DNA of 64,000 nt from Octopus vulgaris (GCA_951406725.2 OX597820.1:121644001-121708000); one strand, 5' to 3'; numbered from the stretch's first letter, positions 43,342-58,441 are shown. Notes: a model not told the origin generated them from the sequence alone. Made by a program: numbers and translations.

Positions 43342-44684
43342 ACTATGTATGTATGAGTGGATGGATGGATGGATGGATGGATGAATGGTTGGATGCATGC
43401 ATGCACTCAAGCATTCATGCATATATGTAAGCATGCATGCATGCATATATGTCTATATGTATTCACTAAACACTTAATATGAATGAAATAGGAATGTATC
43501 AACATTCGTGCTGTATTCTTCATACGCGGGAAAAAAAAGAGGGTTGAGATTCACGGTTGACCGGTCATTTTACAGTTTGTTGACTGCTCCTCAGAGATAT
43601 ACTGTTTTTTTTCCCTATCTCTTTCTCAGCCGCTACATAAGTTGTCTTGTATTAGGCGAGCACCGTAGTAGGCATATTAATTTGCATGTTTCTGTTTCTG
43701 GTGGTTCATCATTGATTAAACAATATACTTTGTAGACACAACACAACGTGAAGCAGAAGTGAGATACAATTCAAATGGGATTAAGCTTTGCAGTGGATAA
43801 AATAAGAATTTAAGAATATTTTTTCTATGGATAAGATGCGCGGGAAAACTAGGTGGGAGATTTCTGGTGAGCCGTTTTATGGACGAATCCTCAGAAAAGA
43901 CGTGCCGACGTTTTTCCCTACTCGTAGAATATCACTCAATCGATATAAAGCAGTCATATATTAGTTTAGCACCGTAATAGATAGCTGAATTTACTTCATA
44001 GTTTCTTGATGCTCCTCAGAGAAGTCGTATCGGGCTTCTTTCTTCACTGAATGGCACAGAATATACACCTTCTATATAATGCAGTCTTAAATCATACTAG
44101 CACGATAGTAAATAACTCGATCGTATAACTTGATTGTGCTTTTGAGACCTCGTCATTAATCAAAACGTATACATATAAATATGGCACAGCGCAGTGTGAA
44201 TTAGAACTAGAATAAAGCTAAATCACATGCAGTATAGCTGTGCTTCAAATAAGAATGAAAAAACATTCCTAAAGTCATTTGATATACGAAAAATGTACGA
44301 GTTTCCTGATTGGCCGTTTTATAGCTTGGTGACCACTCGTCAGAGAAGACAAAACCGGTCTGCTTCGTCAATGATTAGAAGACAATATTCAGCTGCTATA
44401 AAAGACAGGCCTATATTAATTGCTGGCAGGGAAACCGTATTTCGTGATGCAACCGTAATATACTAGACAGTATATGAAAGGTTTTATAAGGCAATACTGA
44501 GCCTCAGCTGTGTTAGCAGATCTTATTCAATCGCCTTTTTAAAAGTCATCTCTACAGATCTTCTAAAGAAATTTGAGCCATCACTTATTTGTTACAAAGT
44601 TCTGTATTCGAACACGTCTGTAAAAACAATGCGATCGAAGACAGAAAATTAGCTAATGAAGGAATACGCACATTTCACGCGTTT

Positions 44685-44835
44685 CTTGTTCTTATTGTTC
44701 TTGTTCTTCTTGTTCTTCTTGTTCTTGTTCTTCTTCTTCTTGTTCTTGTTCTTCTTCTTCTTCTTCTTCTTCTTCTTCTTCTTCTTCTTCTTCTTCTTCT
44801 TCTTCTTCTTCTTCTTCTTCTTCTTCTTCTTCTTC
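44685..44835. repeat. (TTC)n/(TTG)n repeat
   Basis: Direct reading. Confidence 0.97.
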
Positions 44836-45169
44836 AGCACCACATGCAAGGCCCGGCTCAAGGTAGCGGCATCTCGGACAGTCGCCCGGGGCGTCAAGGA
44901 GGGCGTCACAAAGACAAGGAAATTTCCTCGACCGTCAGATTGTACATGCCGAAGTTCAGCTTGCTCGGGGCGCTAACGATCCTAGGATCGGATGGGGTCC
45001 ACACACATCCTATTAACCATCCAGGAACACACTCAATAAACAACCACCAAATATAGCAGTGTAGCATAATTGGATTTGTCAATATTACAAATAAGAAACG
45101 CAGTCCTAGCAACTGCTACGCACAAATGAATCGCTGGCAGGTACAACCATAATATTCTACCAAGTACAA

Positions 45170-45555
45170 TGATTTCAAATTTTGGCACAAGGGAAGCCGA
45201 TTGCATAGACCCCAGTTATGTTATCGACCCCGAAAGAATGAAAGGCAAAGTCGACTTCGGCGGAATTTGAACCCAGAACGTAAACACAGACGAAATACTG
45301 CTAAGCAATTTTCCAGGCATGTTAACGGTTCTTATTTCTTTATTATCCACAAGGGTCTAAACATAGAGGGGACAAACAAGGACAGACAAAGAGATTAAGT
45401 CGATTATAATGACCCCAGTGCGTAACTGGTACTTATTTAATCGACCGCGAAAGGATGAAAGGCTAAGTCGACCTCGGCGGAATTTGAACTCAGAACGTAA
45501 CTGCAGACGAAATAGCATTAAGCATTTCGTCTGGCGTGTTAACGGTTCTGCCAGT
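45170..45555 (-). mobile_element. Two adjacent or nested SINE group C copies
   Basis: GAAAG.ATGAAAGGC.AAGTCGAC..GGCGGAATTTGAAC occurs at ~45232 and ~45449. Confidence 0.85.
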
Positions 45556-45751
45556 TTCAACGACTTAATGCTATTAACTATAATAAAGGTTTATATGTCA
45601 TTACTGCAGCGATTTGAATTTAAATTTGTCATAAATTAAGCTAGTAGAGTAGTGGATAGCTTACTTTTCGCTACTGTGCTAATCTAATTACGATTTCCTC
45701 TTATTAGAACTTCGACAGGGATAATAAGGAAGAACTTGTTTCTTCTTGCTT

Positions 45752-45975
45752 ACTCTCTCTTTTACTCTTTTACTTGTTTCAGTCATTAGACTGCGGCCAT
45801 GCTGGAGCACTGCCTTTAATCGAGCAAATGGACCCCGGGACTTATTCTTTTGTAAGCCCAGTACTTATTCTATCGGTCTCTTTTGCCGAACCGCTAAGTA
45901 ACGGGGACATAAACACACCAGCATCGGTTGCCAAGCAATGCTAGGAAGACAAACACAGACACACAAACACACACA

Positions 45976-46015
<40 letters not shown>

Positions 46016-46180
46016 TACGACGGGCTTCTTTCAGTTTCCGCCTACCAAATCCACTCACAAGGCATTGGTCGACCCGAGGTTATAGTAGAAGACACTTGCC
46101 CTAGGTGCCACGCAGTGGGACTGAACCCGGAACCATGTGGTTGGTAAACAAGCTACTTACCACACAGCCACTCCTGCGCC
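45752..46180 (-). mobile_element. SINE group B, full length
   Basis: Reverse complement of 36851-37290. Confidence 0.92.
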
Positions 46181-46649
46181 ATGAATGCAAAATATGCAAG
46201 GCACGTCTTAGATATCTAAATATGCAAATAACAAATTAAGAAATCAGATTTTAGTCTACATTTTATAATTCTAAGATAAGTAGTTTGAAATATGATGCTT
46301 ATATGCTACATGTGTTAAACATGGTTTCAGATTTCAAAATTGCTTCTTATGACTTACATAACGGCAATCGACAATGTAAGATTCATACACCATGCGTATG
46401 AGCATACGGAATAGCAAAATCGGTAGAGCGACGGAGAAAGAGCGTTGCACAAATTTTCTAAGGTTTTTCCTTTGCACAAGTCAAACTGGAGTACGATCAC
46501 GCAAGACTGGTCCTTCACCCTTGCTTCCTCCAGTACCGCAACAAACACAAACGCATGACAACTATTTGAGGACACAGTCACCCACATATGCTCAAAACAC
46601 ACACACCCTTACGACTGCTACATTTTGCACTTTCACAAAATGAGGATCT

Positions 46650-46780
46650 GTTTCTTTATTACCCACAAGGGGCTAAACACAGAGGGGACAAACGAATTAA
46701 GTCGATTACATCGAAACCAGTGCGTAACTGGTACTTAATTTATCGACCCCGAAAGGATGAAAGGCAAAGTCGACCTCGGA
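46650..46780 (-). mobile_element. SINE group C 3' fragment
   Basis: CCCACAAGGGGCTAAACACAGAGGGGACAAAC...GTCGACCTCGG. Confidence 0.8.
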
Positions 46781-47095
46781 TCTCAAGCAGAGCTATATAC
46801 AGTGAACGACTCATTCGAGTACACCTCGCCTCAAAGAAATTTAACTTTATGCTTAATCAGAAACAGAGATGAGACGGAAGAAACGTAGAAAAAGGTGAAC
46901 AGAAGACGAATGTCTGAGAGGAGAGCAAAAATTACAGATGAAGAATGTGGACGAAAGCTTAAAGTAGAAAGATGAAAACTTAGTGACAGATAAAAAAGAA
47001 ACACGCGACTGACAACATTTTCGAAGGGGTACTACGGTAATATGTATATGTGTATACGCACATGCACAAACGCACGCGCGCACACACACACACAC

Positions 47096-47570
<475 letters not shown>

Positions 47571-48473
47571 CGCGCGTATATTAATGAGCAGGTACGTGTG
47601 TTTACCTGTGTAATTAACTCGTAAGTGCACTGAATCTTCTGAGGTGAAGACCGTACCCCAGGCAGGAGAGTGTCTACGTCTACGGCACTTTTAAGTAGCA
47701 TTTACTAAGAATGACTTATGAGTGTGTGGGTTTACCTGAAGACCTCCGTCAACGGGGTTCACCTGAGCTGTCAAATTGTGACGCATCGCTTTTGTCTTAG
47801 TCTAAGGCGATAATAATACGGTGTTAACAGTCAGGAATATGACTAATATTAATGATATACGTTTGGGAGAGGCAGGAAGACAAGGAGGAAATGGATGCGT
47901 GCGTGAGAGAGAGAGAGAGAGAGAGAAAGGTTAATAGAAGGAAAGAGAAGAGAGAGGCAGAGAAAAAGAGAGAGGGGAATAGGAAGGTTTGTTATTCATA
48001 TTTATGTTAACATCGCTTCAACACCTGTGCAACAATACATATACATACTGACAGACACATTCCAACACATACACACACACGCACACACACGCACGCATAC
48101 AAAGGCACACATAAGCACACCTAGCTATACATACACACATAAACACAAGCAGCATAAGTGCACGCAGAAAGCGCAACACACACACACACACACGTGTATC
48201 CTTGGGTCTTATTTCTCTCCATTATCAAACAGACTGAAATAAAACTATGGCGAACTTACAATGATGTCATTCCAGTTATCGTCTTCACTTAACGGATGAT
48301 CGCGTGCGCTGAACAATTATTTTCCAATGAATCTTAAAACTTCATGGCTAAGCTTTGAGATGCATGACCCAAGGAACACTTATGAGGTTCGATGTATACA
48401 AACATTGCTTATTAGAAGTCAGTAACGATGTATCACATATTACATGAGTGTGGCTATATTAATAGACACGCAG

Positions 48474-48535
<62 letters not shown>

Positions 48536-48786
48536 GTTACATAATATATTTAGGATAGATATATACATATATATACATGTATATATATATACGTATATAT
48601 ACATGTTCATCGGACAGTTTTTGCTAGAATATATAGTTTGTAGATGAACGGCATACGATAGATAGATAGATATATACATAGGTTTTGTTGACATTTCCTG
48701 TACATATACATACACACACACATATTACTCTACCACTGGTATTTGTCGTACAATGAACTTTTTCCACTTTGTTTTCACATTTATAT

Positions 48787-48848
<62 letters not shown>

Positions 48849-48997
48849 CATAATATATTTAGATATATATATACATGTATATATATATATACGTACATAT
48901 ACATAGTATATATATATATAGATACATACATATATGTACATATACATACACACACACACACACACACATATAACTACAACGGGTTTGTCGTACAATG

Positions 48998-49027
48998 AAC
49001 GTTTCCGGTTACTTTGTTTATCCCCTC

Positions 49028-49061
<34 letters not shown>

Positions 49062-49090
49062 GAGGGGATAAACAAAAGTAACCGGAACGT

Positions 49091-49091
<1 letters not shown>
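48998..49091. repeat. Palindrome of two mariner-like termini placed back-to-back across (TA)n
   Basis: AACGTTTCCGGTTACTTTGTTTATCCCCTCGTG-(TA)n-CACGAGGGGATAAACAAAAGTAACCGGAACGTT. Confidence 0.85.
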
Positions 49092-49122
<31 letters not shown>

Positions 49123-49154
49123 CATAGACATACAGATAGCTAGCTAGCTAGATG

Positions 49155-49243
<89 letters not shown>

Positions 49244-49665
49244 AGTTACCTATATTTTCAGCTAGGCTAATTTACCTGATTAAAAATTAATCAAAAACTA
49301 TTTAAGGGAATTCTCCTTAACTAACATTTTACATGACTCTATATAATTGGAATATGCAAATATGGACGTGCGAGTATTCTGCTGACGAGCACGATCAAAA
49401 GGACCAAAACGTATAATAGGACTACTCGCTTTTTGAAGCCAGTGTCTTCATTCGGGAAATTCATATCAAGTCTCTTAAAACTATTTCCCTTCAACTTGCA
49501 GAATTGCCAAAGATTTCCGCTAGGTTATTGTTTTCTATTTCAATTCGAGCGAAAAGTTCAAAGAATTAGACTTTCGTTTAAATAGGAAAAAACCATGACA
49601 CTGCTACTTATAGTTACGTCTTTCAGAAATCTCCCCCACCCATCTACTTCTCTCTTCCCACACGA

Positions 49666-49719
<54 letters not shown>

Positions 49720-50022
49720 GCAAATGTATACATCACACGTATACACACACACACATACACACAAACACAAACACTCACACATAGACACACACAGACACGC
49801 TCTCACACGCACACACACGAACACACACGCACACACACGCACACATACTCACAGATACACAGATACAAACACTTGTTCATATATAGACCCACATACTCGC
49901 ACACACACACACACACACACAAACACAAACACAAACACATAGACACACATACACACGCTCACACACGCACACATACACACAGATACACAGTTACAAACAC
50001 TTTTTCATATACAGACCCACAT

Positions 50023-50056
<34 letters not shown>

Positions 50057-51210
50057 GAACACACATACACACGCATATATACATATATGTAAGCGATACA
50101 GTGTGATTAATAGAAAAAAAAACCCTGATGCATTCGTGTATTTTTCTTTTAATAGAAAGAAGCCAGGATTTCGTAAACTTTAATCTCTTCTCGGAGTACC
50201 TGAGATTAAGGTGAGTGACATTTCCTGTCCAAGGAATATACAGAAAGAGGATGTTTGATTTGATGCCACCATGTTAGGAAAATACACCTATAAAACAGCC
50301 GAATAAAATGAAACAAAATGAAAAAAACAAACAAGTAAAAAGTATAAAAATTCAATAGAAAAATTGCAAACCTCACAAAACAAAGCTTGAAATATCTTTT
50401 CTTCTTTGCAGAGAAGCAGATAGCAACAACAACAATTCGATAAGAAATTTTAAATGGAGATAAAAAAGCGAAACGATTTCGTGAACCACCGAGATAGAAG
50501 GAATGTCAGAGGGAGATAGATTTTTTGAAAAATACTGAAAGGTGGAGGTAAGATTTATCACACCTGGATACCTTGATGTATGTATGTATGTATGTATGTA
50601 TGTATGTATGTATGTATGTATGTATGTATGTATGTATGTATGTATGTATGTGTGTATGTATGTATGCATGTATGTATGTATGTATGTATGTATGTATGTA
50701 TGTATGTATGTATGTATGTATGTGTGTGCGATTAAATATGTATATGTGTGTGTGCGCACGTATATGTGTGTATGTGTGTATGCGCCCCGAAGATAGCCTG
50801 CTGGTAAGATGTTCGACCCAGGCGAAATAATATTCGAATCTGCATATGACACTGTAGCATCTTAAACATTGAAGGAAAACGTTGATAAAGTTATATATAT
50901 GTGTATATATATAGATAGATGTTTTGGCTTTTTGAGAAGAGTTAAAAGCAGTCTTTCAAGAGTGTTTAAGGTGAATGTGCTTGAGGTTGACTTCGAAGAT
51001 TTCGTGGTCGATGACTGAACGAAAACCCTGGTGGGAGCGGGGAGGATTTTTCAGAAAGTAGAAGTTCTGGGACGGATGAGTTGGTGAGAATGTATTGAAC
51101 AGCATTTCGATCGAATAAATTAGAGAGAGAGAGAGAGGGAGAGAGAGAGAGAGAGGGAGAGAGAGAGTGAGGGAGAGAGAGAGAGAGAGATGTTAGCTTT
51201 CGTCACAACT

Positions 51211-51510
51211 GGAGGCACATGGCCTCGTGGTTAAAGCAGCGGACTCGCGGTCGAGGGATCGTGGGTTCGAATCTCAGACCGGACGATATGTGTGTTTATG
51301 AGCGAAACACCTAAGCTCCACGCGACTCCGGCAGAAGGTAATGGCGAAACTTCTGCTGACTCTTTCGCCACAACTTTTCTCACTCTTTCCTCCTGCATCT
51401 TGCAGCTCACCTGCGACGGACCGGCGTCCCGTCCAGGTGGGGAACCTATACGCCAAGAAACCGGGAAACCGCCCCTTATGAGCCACGCATGGCTCGAGAA
51501 GGAACAAACA
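51211..51510 (+). mobile_element. tRNA-derived SINE group A inserted in a transposase relic
   Basis: Head GGAGGCACATGGCCTCGTGG; candidate TSD TCACAA at 51203-51208 and 51511-51516. Confidence 0.9.
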
Positions 51511-51880
51511 TCACAATCTCAAGACAGCTTAGGAACCTGGGACATGCGTTCTTCACTGTGCTCCTGGTAAGATCTTCGAACACCAGATTGGCCTTGGTGT
51601 TGAATGTGGAGCATTTGGAACTGTTCTCAATTGCACCCCACACATATTAGTATAAGGGATTACAGTCGGGGGAATGAGAAGACTTGAAATTGCGGGTGGT
51701 TAAGTCGTAGAAATTCTCCATTAAACGTTTCTGACTCTTTCCAGAAACATAGCAAAGAGCCGAATGCTGTGACACACATAATCGTCCAGCAGCAATCATC
51801 TCCAGCCAAATTTTGATCGACCAACTTCACATAGCCGTCTGAAGTTGTAGGATGAAGCCCAACGCGTGATCGCAGTCCGA
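51511..51880 (-). pseudogene. Tc1/mariner-superfamily transposase C-terminal relic (SPDCNPLD-type)
   Basis: Minus translation ..WLEMIAAGRLCVSQHSALCYVSGKSQKRLMENFYDLTTRNFKSSHSPDCNPLY*YVWGAIEN..VFEDLTRSTVKNACPRF matches the WPPxSPDxNPLDYYVWG motif, with stops and indels. Confidence 0.85.
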
Positions 51881-52101
51881 ATAACTACTTTATCTCTTCG
51901 TGTAGACTCATACCCTTTACTGAGTTCATAAAACACTGAGCAACAACTATGATGTCGCTGCGAAGCTTCATGATACAGGTAATTCTTTTCCAATATTCAA
52001 GATAGCTTCAATCCCTCCATGTCAAATTCTTCTTAATTATAACTTATGTCTTGATACTCTCCAACACCATTGACTGTTAAGGGAAACTATTCCTCAAAAA
52101 C

Positions 52102-52170
<69 letters not shown>

Positions 52171-52172
<2 letters not shown>

Positions 52173-52505
52173 GGCGCATGGCTCAGTGGTTAGAGCGTCT
52201 AGCTTTACGATCCTGAGGTAGTGAGCTCGAATCCCGGACCGGGCTGCGTGTTGTGTTCTTGAGCAAGACACTTTATTTCACGTTGCTCCAGTTCACTCAG
52301 CTGTAGAAATGAGTTGCGACGTCACGGGTGCCAAGCTGTATCGGCCTCTTTGCCGTTCCCTTGGATAACACTGGTGGCGTGGAGAGAGGAAACCAGGATG
52401 CATGGGCGACTGCTAGTCTTCCATAAACCACCTTGCTCAGACCTGTGACTAGGAGGGTAACTTTCTAGGTGCAATTCCACGATCAGTGTCGGGACCGAAG
52501 GGGTC
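52171..52505 (+). mobile_element. tRNA-derived SINE, same subfamily as 25235-25572
   Basis: High similarity along the whole length. Confidence 0.92.
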
Positions 52506-52506
52506 C

Positions 52507-52572
<66 letters not shown>

Positions 52573-52619
52573 CAAAATGAAGTTGTAAGGTACCGCTGCA
52601 CGAGTGGAATTATATATGA

Positions 52620-53097
52620 AAGAAGGTTTGAAAATGCAATTTTAAAAGATGTTTATTCACTTGAACGGTTTCACTTTTTTACAAAAAGATTGTCAAAAGT
52701 AACATGTAAAGGCTTTGTTGTGTTAAGTACTGGTTGTCACAAAATATTACAATACATATATACATTCTTTGATAATAATAAGAACATCTTAAAAACGGTT
52801 TACAAGGAAAATATTGGGCACAAAAAATTACAATACATATATACATTCTTTAATAATAAGAAGAAAATGTTAAAAACAGTTTACAGGAAAAATTTTTTGA
52901 GAGATTATTAACAAGTTCATAGAACCTATTAGGATTTCCTTAAAAATCATGTTTGTTTGGGAGTATTTATATATATATATACACACAGAAAATTATAAGT
53001 TCAAAAAGGTCATATTTTGGTAGTATATATATACACAGAAAGAGATATATTTAGTTTACAAAGAATGTGTGATCAACTTTTTTCATCATTTTATATA

Positions 53098-53158
<61 letters not shown>

Positions 53159-53495
53159 GTAAAAATAATAATAATAATAATAATGATAATATGGAGTATA
53201 TCTAAACTTACAGGGAAAAATTAGATTTAGGATTAAATCAAATTTCATAGTACAAATAAAAATTAAATTAGAGATAAAACCACTATTAGCCAACTCAAAC
53301 AGTGATAGACATAAACCAAAACATAAAAAAAACAAAAAATAAATATAATTGATATAATATAATATGTATATATAAAATATAAAATTTAAAATTTAAATTA
53401 TTAAAATTTTAAATTTTTAAATTTAAATTTTTTAATTAAAAAATGTTTAAACTGTTTAAGTTGCCTCAGTGGTTTTATCTCTAATTTAATTTATA
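52620..53495. mobile_element. AT-rich (TA)n-flanked element with an internal ~82-bp tandem repeat and a ~50-bp inverted repeat; possibly PLE-derived
   Basis: Tandem 52735-52897; AAATTAAATTAGAGATAAAACCACT at ~53260 and inverted at ~53468-53492; degenerate HHR-like string at 52659-52700 (-). Confidence 0.4.
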
Positions 53496-54809
53496 TATAT
53501 ATATATGTATATATATATACGAGGAGTGACATGAAATATCGTCAAATGTAGACTGAACACCCTGCAAGTTGTATTAATTTCCTTACCTTACCTTCTTGAA
53601 TAGAACTCATTAAAAATAAAGCAATCAAACTTATATAGCATCGTCGGGAAAGCCGAGCTATACATAAGTGGATCACGAAATTGTAGCGTTTAAAATCGAA
53701 AGTAGACTTCGAAGCCAATGGTTTCGAGGCCATTTTTATTGATCAAATGCTAAACACAGCAATTCCATTCTGTCACAAATTGTTGTTGTTGTTGACATTG
53801 CTGTCTGGAATATGCTAAATGAGGCTTTTTTTCTTTGTTTTTGTAGTCTTTTCACATCGTTTAATTCTTTCCGACCGTTGCATTTGATTCAGAGACAATT
53901 CTAAAATTATCCTTATTTAACTGTTTACAAGGCTTTTCATCTAACATGATATAAATTTTATATATATTTTTAAATTATTATTCCCATTTGAATTTTTTTT
54001 CCTGTCCGTGTTCCCTTCTAATTTTCCACAATTTCAAACCGTTTTCCCGTTAATTTTTGTATTTGCTATAATTGTATGACATCCAACAATAATACACAAT
54101 AATACAATTACTCTAAACACATGACACACGATCTCTGTCTAATTTCTCCTTTATGCTTTCGACTCCCCCAAACCCTTCATTACTTAAATATACAACTCTT
54201 CCCAATTCTTCAGTCTGAAGATACGAATCAATGCATATCAGCATGTTTAGCCTTTGTTTAAAAGTTTGATATCTTCCGCGTATTCCTTCCCAAACCTCTC
54301 TCTCTCTTCCACTCTCTCTACCCCTACCTCTCTCTCTACCAGTCTCCCTTTATTATCTTACCACCTTTCTTTTTCTTTTCGAAACACTCCTTCCTTTTTA
54401 CTCAAAACAAATCTATTTACTTATTTCTACACATGTTTTCGTTCCATTCTTGTTTATATTTATTGTTAATTTTGTCTCCCCTTAAATTCTCTGCAAGTTC
54501 CTGTCTGGGATTTTCCTTCGCACTCGTTTCATGAATAACCCTTCATTTTATTCAACTTTTGTTCAATTAGTATTAATGTTCTATACCATTCCAGTCAACG
54601 ATCCAGTTACTTCTCTGAAGGTTTCCGATCATTTTCACACGTGACTGGCCCCTGTCCAATAAGATTTAAATATCTATTTGATGCTTTATTAAATGTTTTA
54701 TTTGCAAACGGATTCTTGTCTCATTCCACAATAGAACCGTTTTCTTCTCCGCAAAATTATTTCTCTGTGATGATCGATTACAGGAATCAGCTTCAATGAT
54801 GTGTGTGTG

Positions 54810-54924
<115 letters not shown>

Positions 54925-55212
54925 CACCTAGGTTCGCACCGACCCGCAGCATCCGTGCTCGCCCTCGTGCCTTCCTACTCAACCGGGCATTGGAAAATCA
55001 CCTCACAGGCGATTGCACAACCTAGAATAAAATCTTGGGTCCACAAGGCTTGCACTGCACCTCTCCACCCGACTGACTTCAAACCCAAAATGTTCAACGC
55101 TATTCCCAGCGTATCTGACCTTCTCCGGGAGACATAGTTAAAAAAAATGTAACCGGTACCTCTCGCCCAGACACACACACACATATATTATCTATATATA
55201 TATATATATATA

Positions 55213-55764
55213 TACGAGATGAGTCAAAAAGTAATGTCATTTTGTTTAGAAAAGGTATAATTACCAACACAGGAACATGTTTCATACATCAAAATGAAGC
55301 TGGTCCTTTGTGGATCACATCCCTACTTCTCAACATAGTCACCGTTTCTCTCAATAGCAATATTCCACCTTCGAATGAGAGCATGTATCCCTGCCCCATA
55401 AAATTTTGTTGACTGTTCTTTGAGCCACTCCTTCACTACAGTTTTCACTTCCTCGTCACTGGACTATCATCTCTTCGGCCCCATGAAAGAGTGTTTGAGA
55501 GGCAAGCATTATTCCAGTGACGAGGAAGTGAAAACTGTAGTGAAGGAGTGGCTCAAAGAACAGTCAACAAAATTTTATGGGGCAGGGATACATGCTCTCA
55601 TTCGAAGGTGGAATATTGCTATTGAGAGAAACGGTGACTATGTTGAGAAGTAGGGATGTGATCCACAAAGGACCAGCTTCATTTTGATGTATGAAACATG
55701 TTCCTGTGTTGGTAATTATACCTTTTCTAAACAAAATGGCATTACTTTTTGAATCACACTCGTA
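55213..55764 (+). mobile_element. Mariner-derived fold-back MITE made of two 3' ends (~250-bp arms, 49-nt spacer)
   Basis: TACGAG...CTCGTA termini in TA context; arms 55213-55463 / 55513-55764 nearly perfect. 55461-55653 encodes DYHLFGPMKECLRGKHYSSDEEVKTVVKEWLKEQSTKFYGAGIHALIRRWNIAIERNGDYVEK*, a mariner C-terminus. Confidence 0.95.
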
Positions 55765-55784
55765 CACACACACACACACGCACA

Positions 55785-55906
55785 GGGCTTTAGTCGGTCC
55801 GAGGCTATAACAGAAGACACTTTGCCCAAGGTACCACGCAGAGGGATTTGAACCCGGAATGATATGGTTGGGAAGCAAGCTTCTTACCACAATCACTCCT
55901 GCACCT
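55785..55906 (-). mobile_element. SINE group B 5' fragment
   Basis: GAGGCTATAACAGAAGACACTTTGCCCAAGGTACCACGCAG..CTCCTGCACCT. Confidence 0.8.
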
Positions 55907-55920
55907 AAGATATATATATA

Positions 55921-55970
<50 letters not shown>

Positions 55971-56602
55971 TGTGAGTGTTTCCGGTTCTTTGGTTAGTGG
56001 TTGATGGTGATGGTTGCTGAATGCAAATGAAGCAGAACACAGAAATCAGAAGAGAGAAGCAGAAAGTTACAGAAAGATGAGTTTAATAGAAATGAGAAGA
56101 GGAACGATGGATGGAGAGCAAAGTATGCTGTAGACCAAGGCGTCGTGACTAAGGCGAGATTGACAGCGAATAAGGAGTGAGTGATGGTGAATAAAACGGA
56201 AATGATAGAGAATGAAAGAGATAAAGAAGTGTATGAGGTCGATAAAGAAACTATGATATCAAGACATGAATCCATGCAACCGTATGTGTGTAGGCCCTTT
56301 TGTTGTACACATATGGAAAAACGTGTAAAGGGGTAGATAGGGTGGAAATAGATAAAGAGACAGATAATGGTTGCAAAGACATGCGATGTGGAAGTGGTGG
56401 TGGGGAGCAGGGGAAATCGAATGAAGGCAAATAGAAATGATAAAGAACTCGGGTGGAGATAGAAAAGTGTAAAGATGTGTGTGTGAGGGTTTTCATTATG
56501 TATATGTGGATGTGTGGGTGTGTACATCAATATTATATATATGTATATATAAATACATGTATATATATATATATTACTATATATATATATATATATATAT
56601 AC

Positions 56603-56642
<40 letters not shown>

Positions 56643-56662
56643 TATACGTACATATATACATT

Positions 56663-56748
<86 letters not shown>

Positions 56749-57101
56749 TACAGACACAGACAAAACACGGAGAGAGAAAGAGAGAGAGAAGGAGAGAGAG
56801 AGTGAGAGAGTGGGTGGAAATGAAAATCTGTGTGGGAGAGTGAAGTGATAAGAAAAAGTTATAAGGACTGCCAAAATAAAAAAAAGATATGCCTCTCCTG
56901 GCGGGAAAATCTCAGCGTGTAAAGGAAGAGAGAGATTAAAGTAAAGAATTTCTTTTCAAAGACAGCTTTCTTGCTTCTAGCAAGTTTCAGCATTATTGAT
57001 TGGACATCATTAAAACGTTCAATAGAGTTTAAAGGGCTTCATTTGCAACATTCACAGACTTTCTGAATGGCAATTCCACAGTCAAAGAGTTAAAAGAGTT
57101 A

Positions 57102-57197
<96 letters not shown>

Positions 57198-57312
57198 CGC
57201 ATGTGTGCCTGTGTGTAGACCTATACACGCACACATGTATCTTTACATATATATATATCGATATACATATATATATATACATATACATATATATACACAT
57301 ATATACATACAC

Positions 57313-57349
<37 letters not shown>

Positions 57350-57392
57350 GACACGTACACATTTACATATACATATAAATACATATGTATGT

Positions 57393-57423
<31 letters not shown>

Positions 57424-57806
57424 AACACATATATATATATACACACACATATATATATGTATACTTCCACACACACACACACACAAGCATATAAATATAA
57501 AGGTATATAGAAAGAGTTAGAGAGAGAAGAAAGAGACAATCAAAGCGAGAGAAATATAAAGACGGACTACAAACGTACAAGCATATATGTATGTGTGTGT
57601 GTGTGTGTGTATGTATGTGCGTGTGTGTGTATGTGTGTGTGTATGTATGTATCTTTTTATGTATATCATTTTGTTTCCTTCGCTATTTGCTCATCTTTAG
57701 TTGGTTGTTTGCCAGGGATGTTTATTACAAATTTTATGGGAAGTAAAACATTCCAAACTAAAATTTCAATTGTGATATATAGGAATGTATATACATACAT
57801 GCATAC

Positions 57807-57863
<57 letters not shown>

Positions 57864-58170
57864 GTATGTATGTATGTATGTATGTACGTATGTAGATATG
57901 CATCTGTCTAAGCGTGTGTGTGCATATGTTATATATTAGATATGTATGTATGTATGCATGTGTGTATATACATCCTGTAATTACAATATTCTTCATTCGG
58001 GTTCCCCTCCAAATTTCTCTTCCTTCGAATCTGTATTTCGAATCAGTCTCTCAATTTATTCAACCAAACATCCAACGATCCTCCTTATGACTTCGTCTAG
58101 CAACACACAAACACACACACAACACATACATGTATACATATGTATAATTGTATGTATACACCTGCACATT

Positions 58171-58209
<39 letters not shown>

Positions 58210-58262
58210 GAATGTGTGGACAAAAGAAAGAAGGGCACTCAACAAATTTATTGTGAGTTTCA

Positions 58263-58428
<166 letters not shown>

Positions 58429-58441
58429 ATATATATATATG

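Noticed and set aside
44848-44992. GC-rich patch resembling a hAT-type MITE
   Set aside because: Termini too degenerate and no TSD identifiable.
50920-51120. Possible RT fragment on the minus strand, also 56050-56470
   Set aside because: Only a vague resemblance to RT motifs; too decayed to support.
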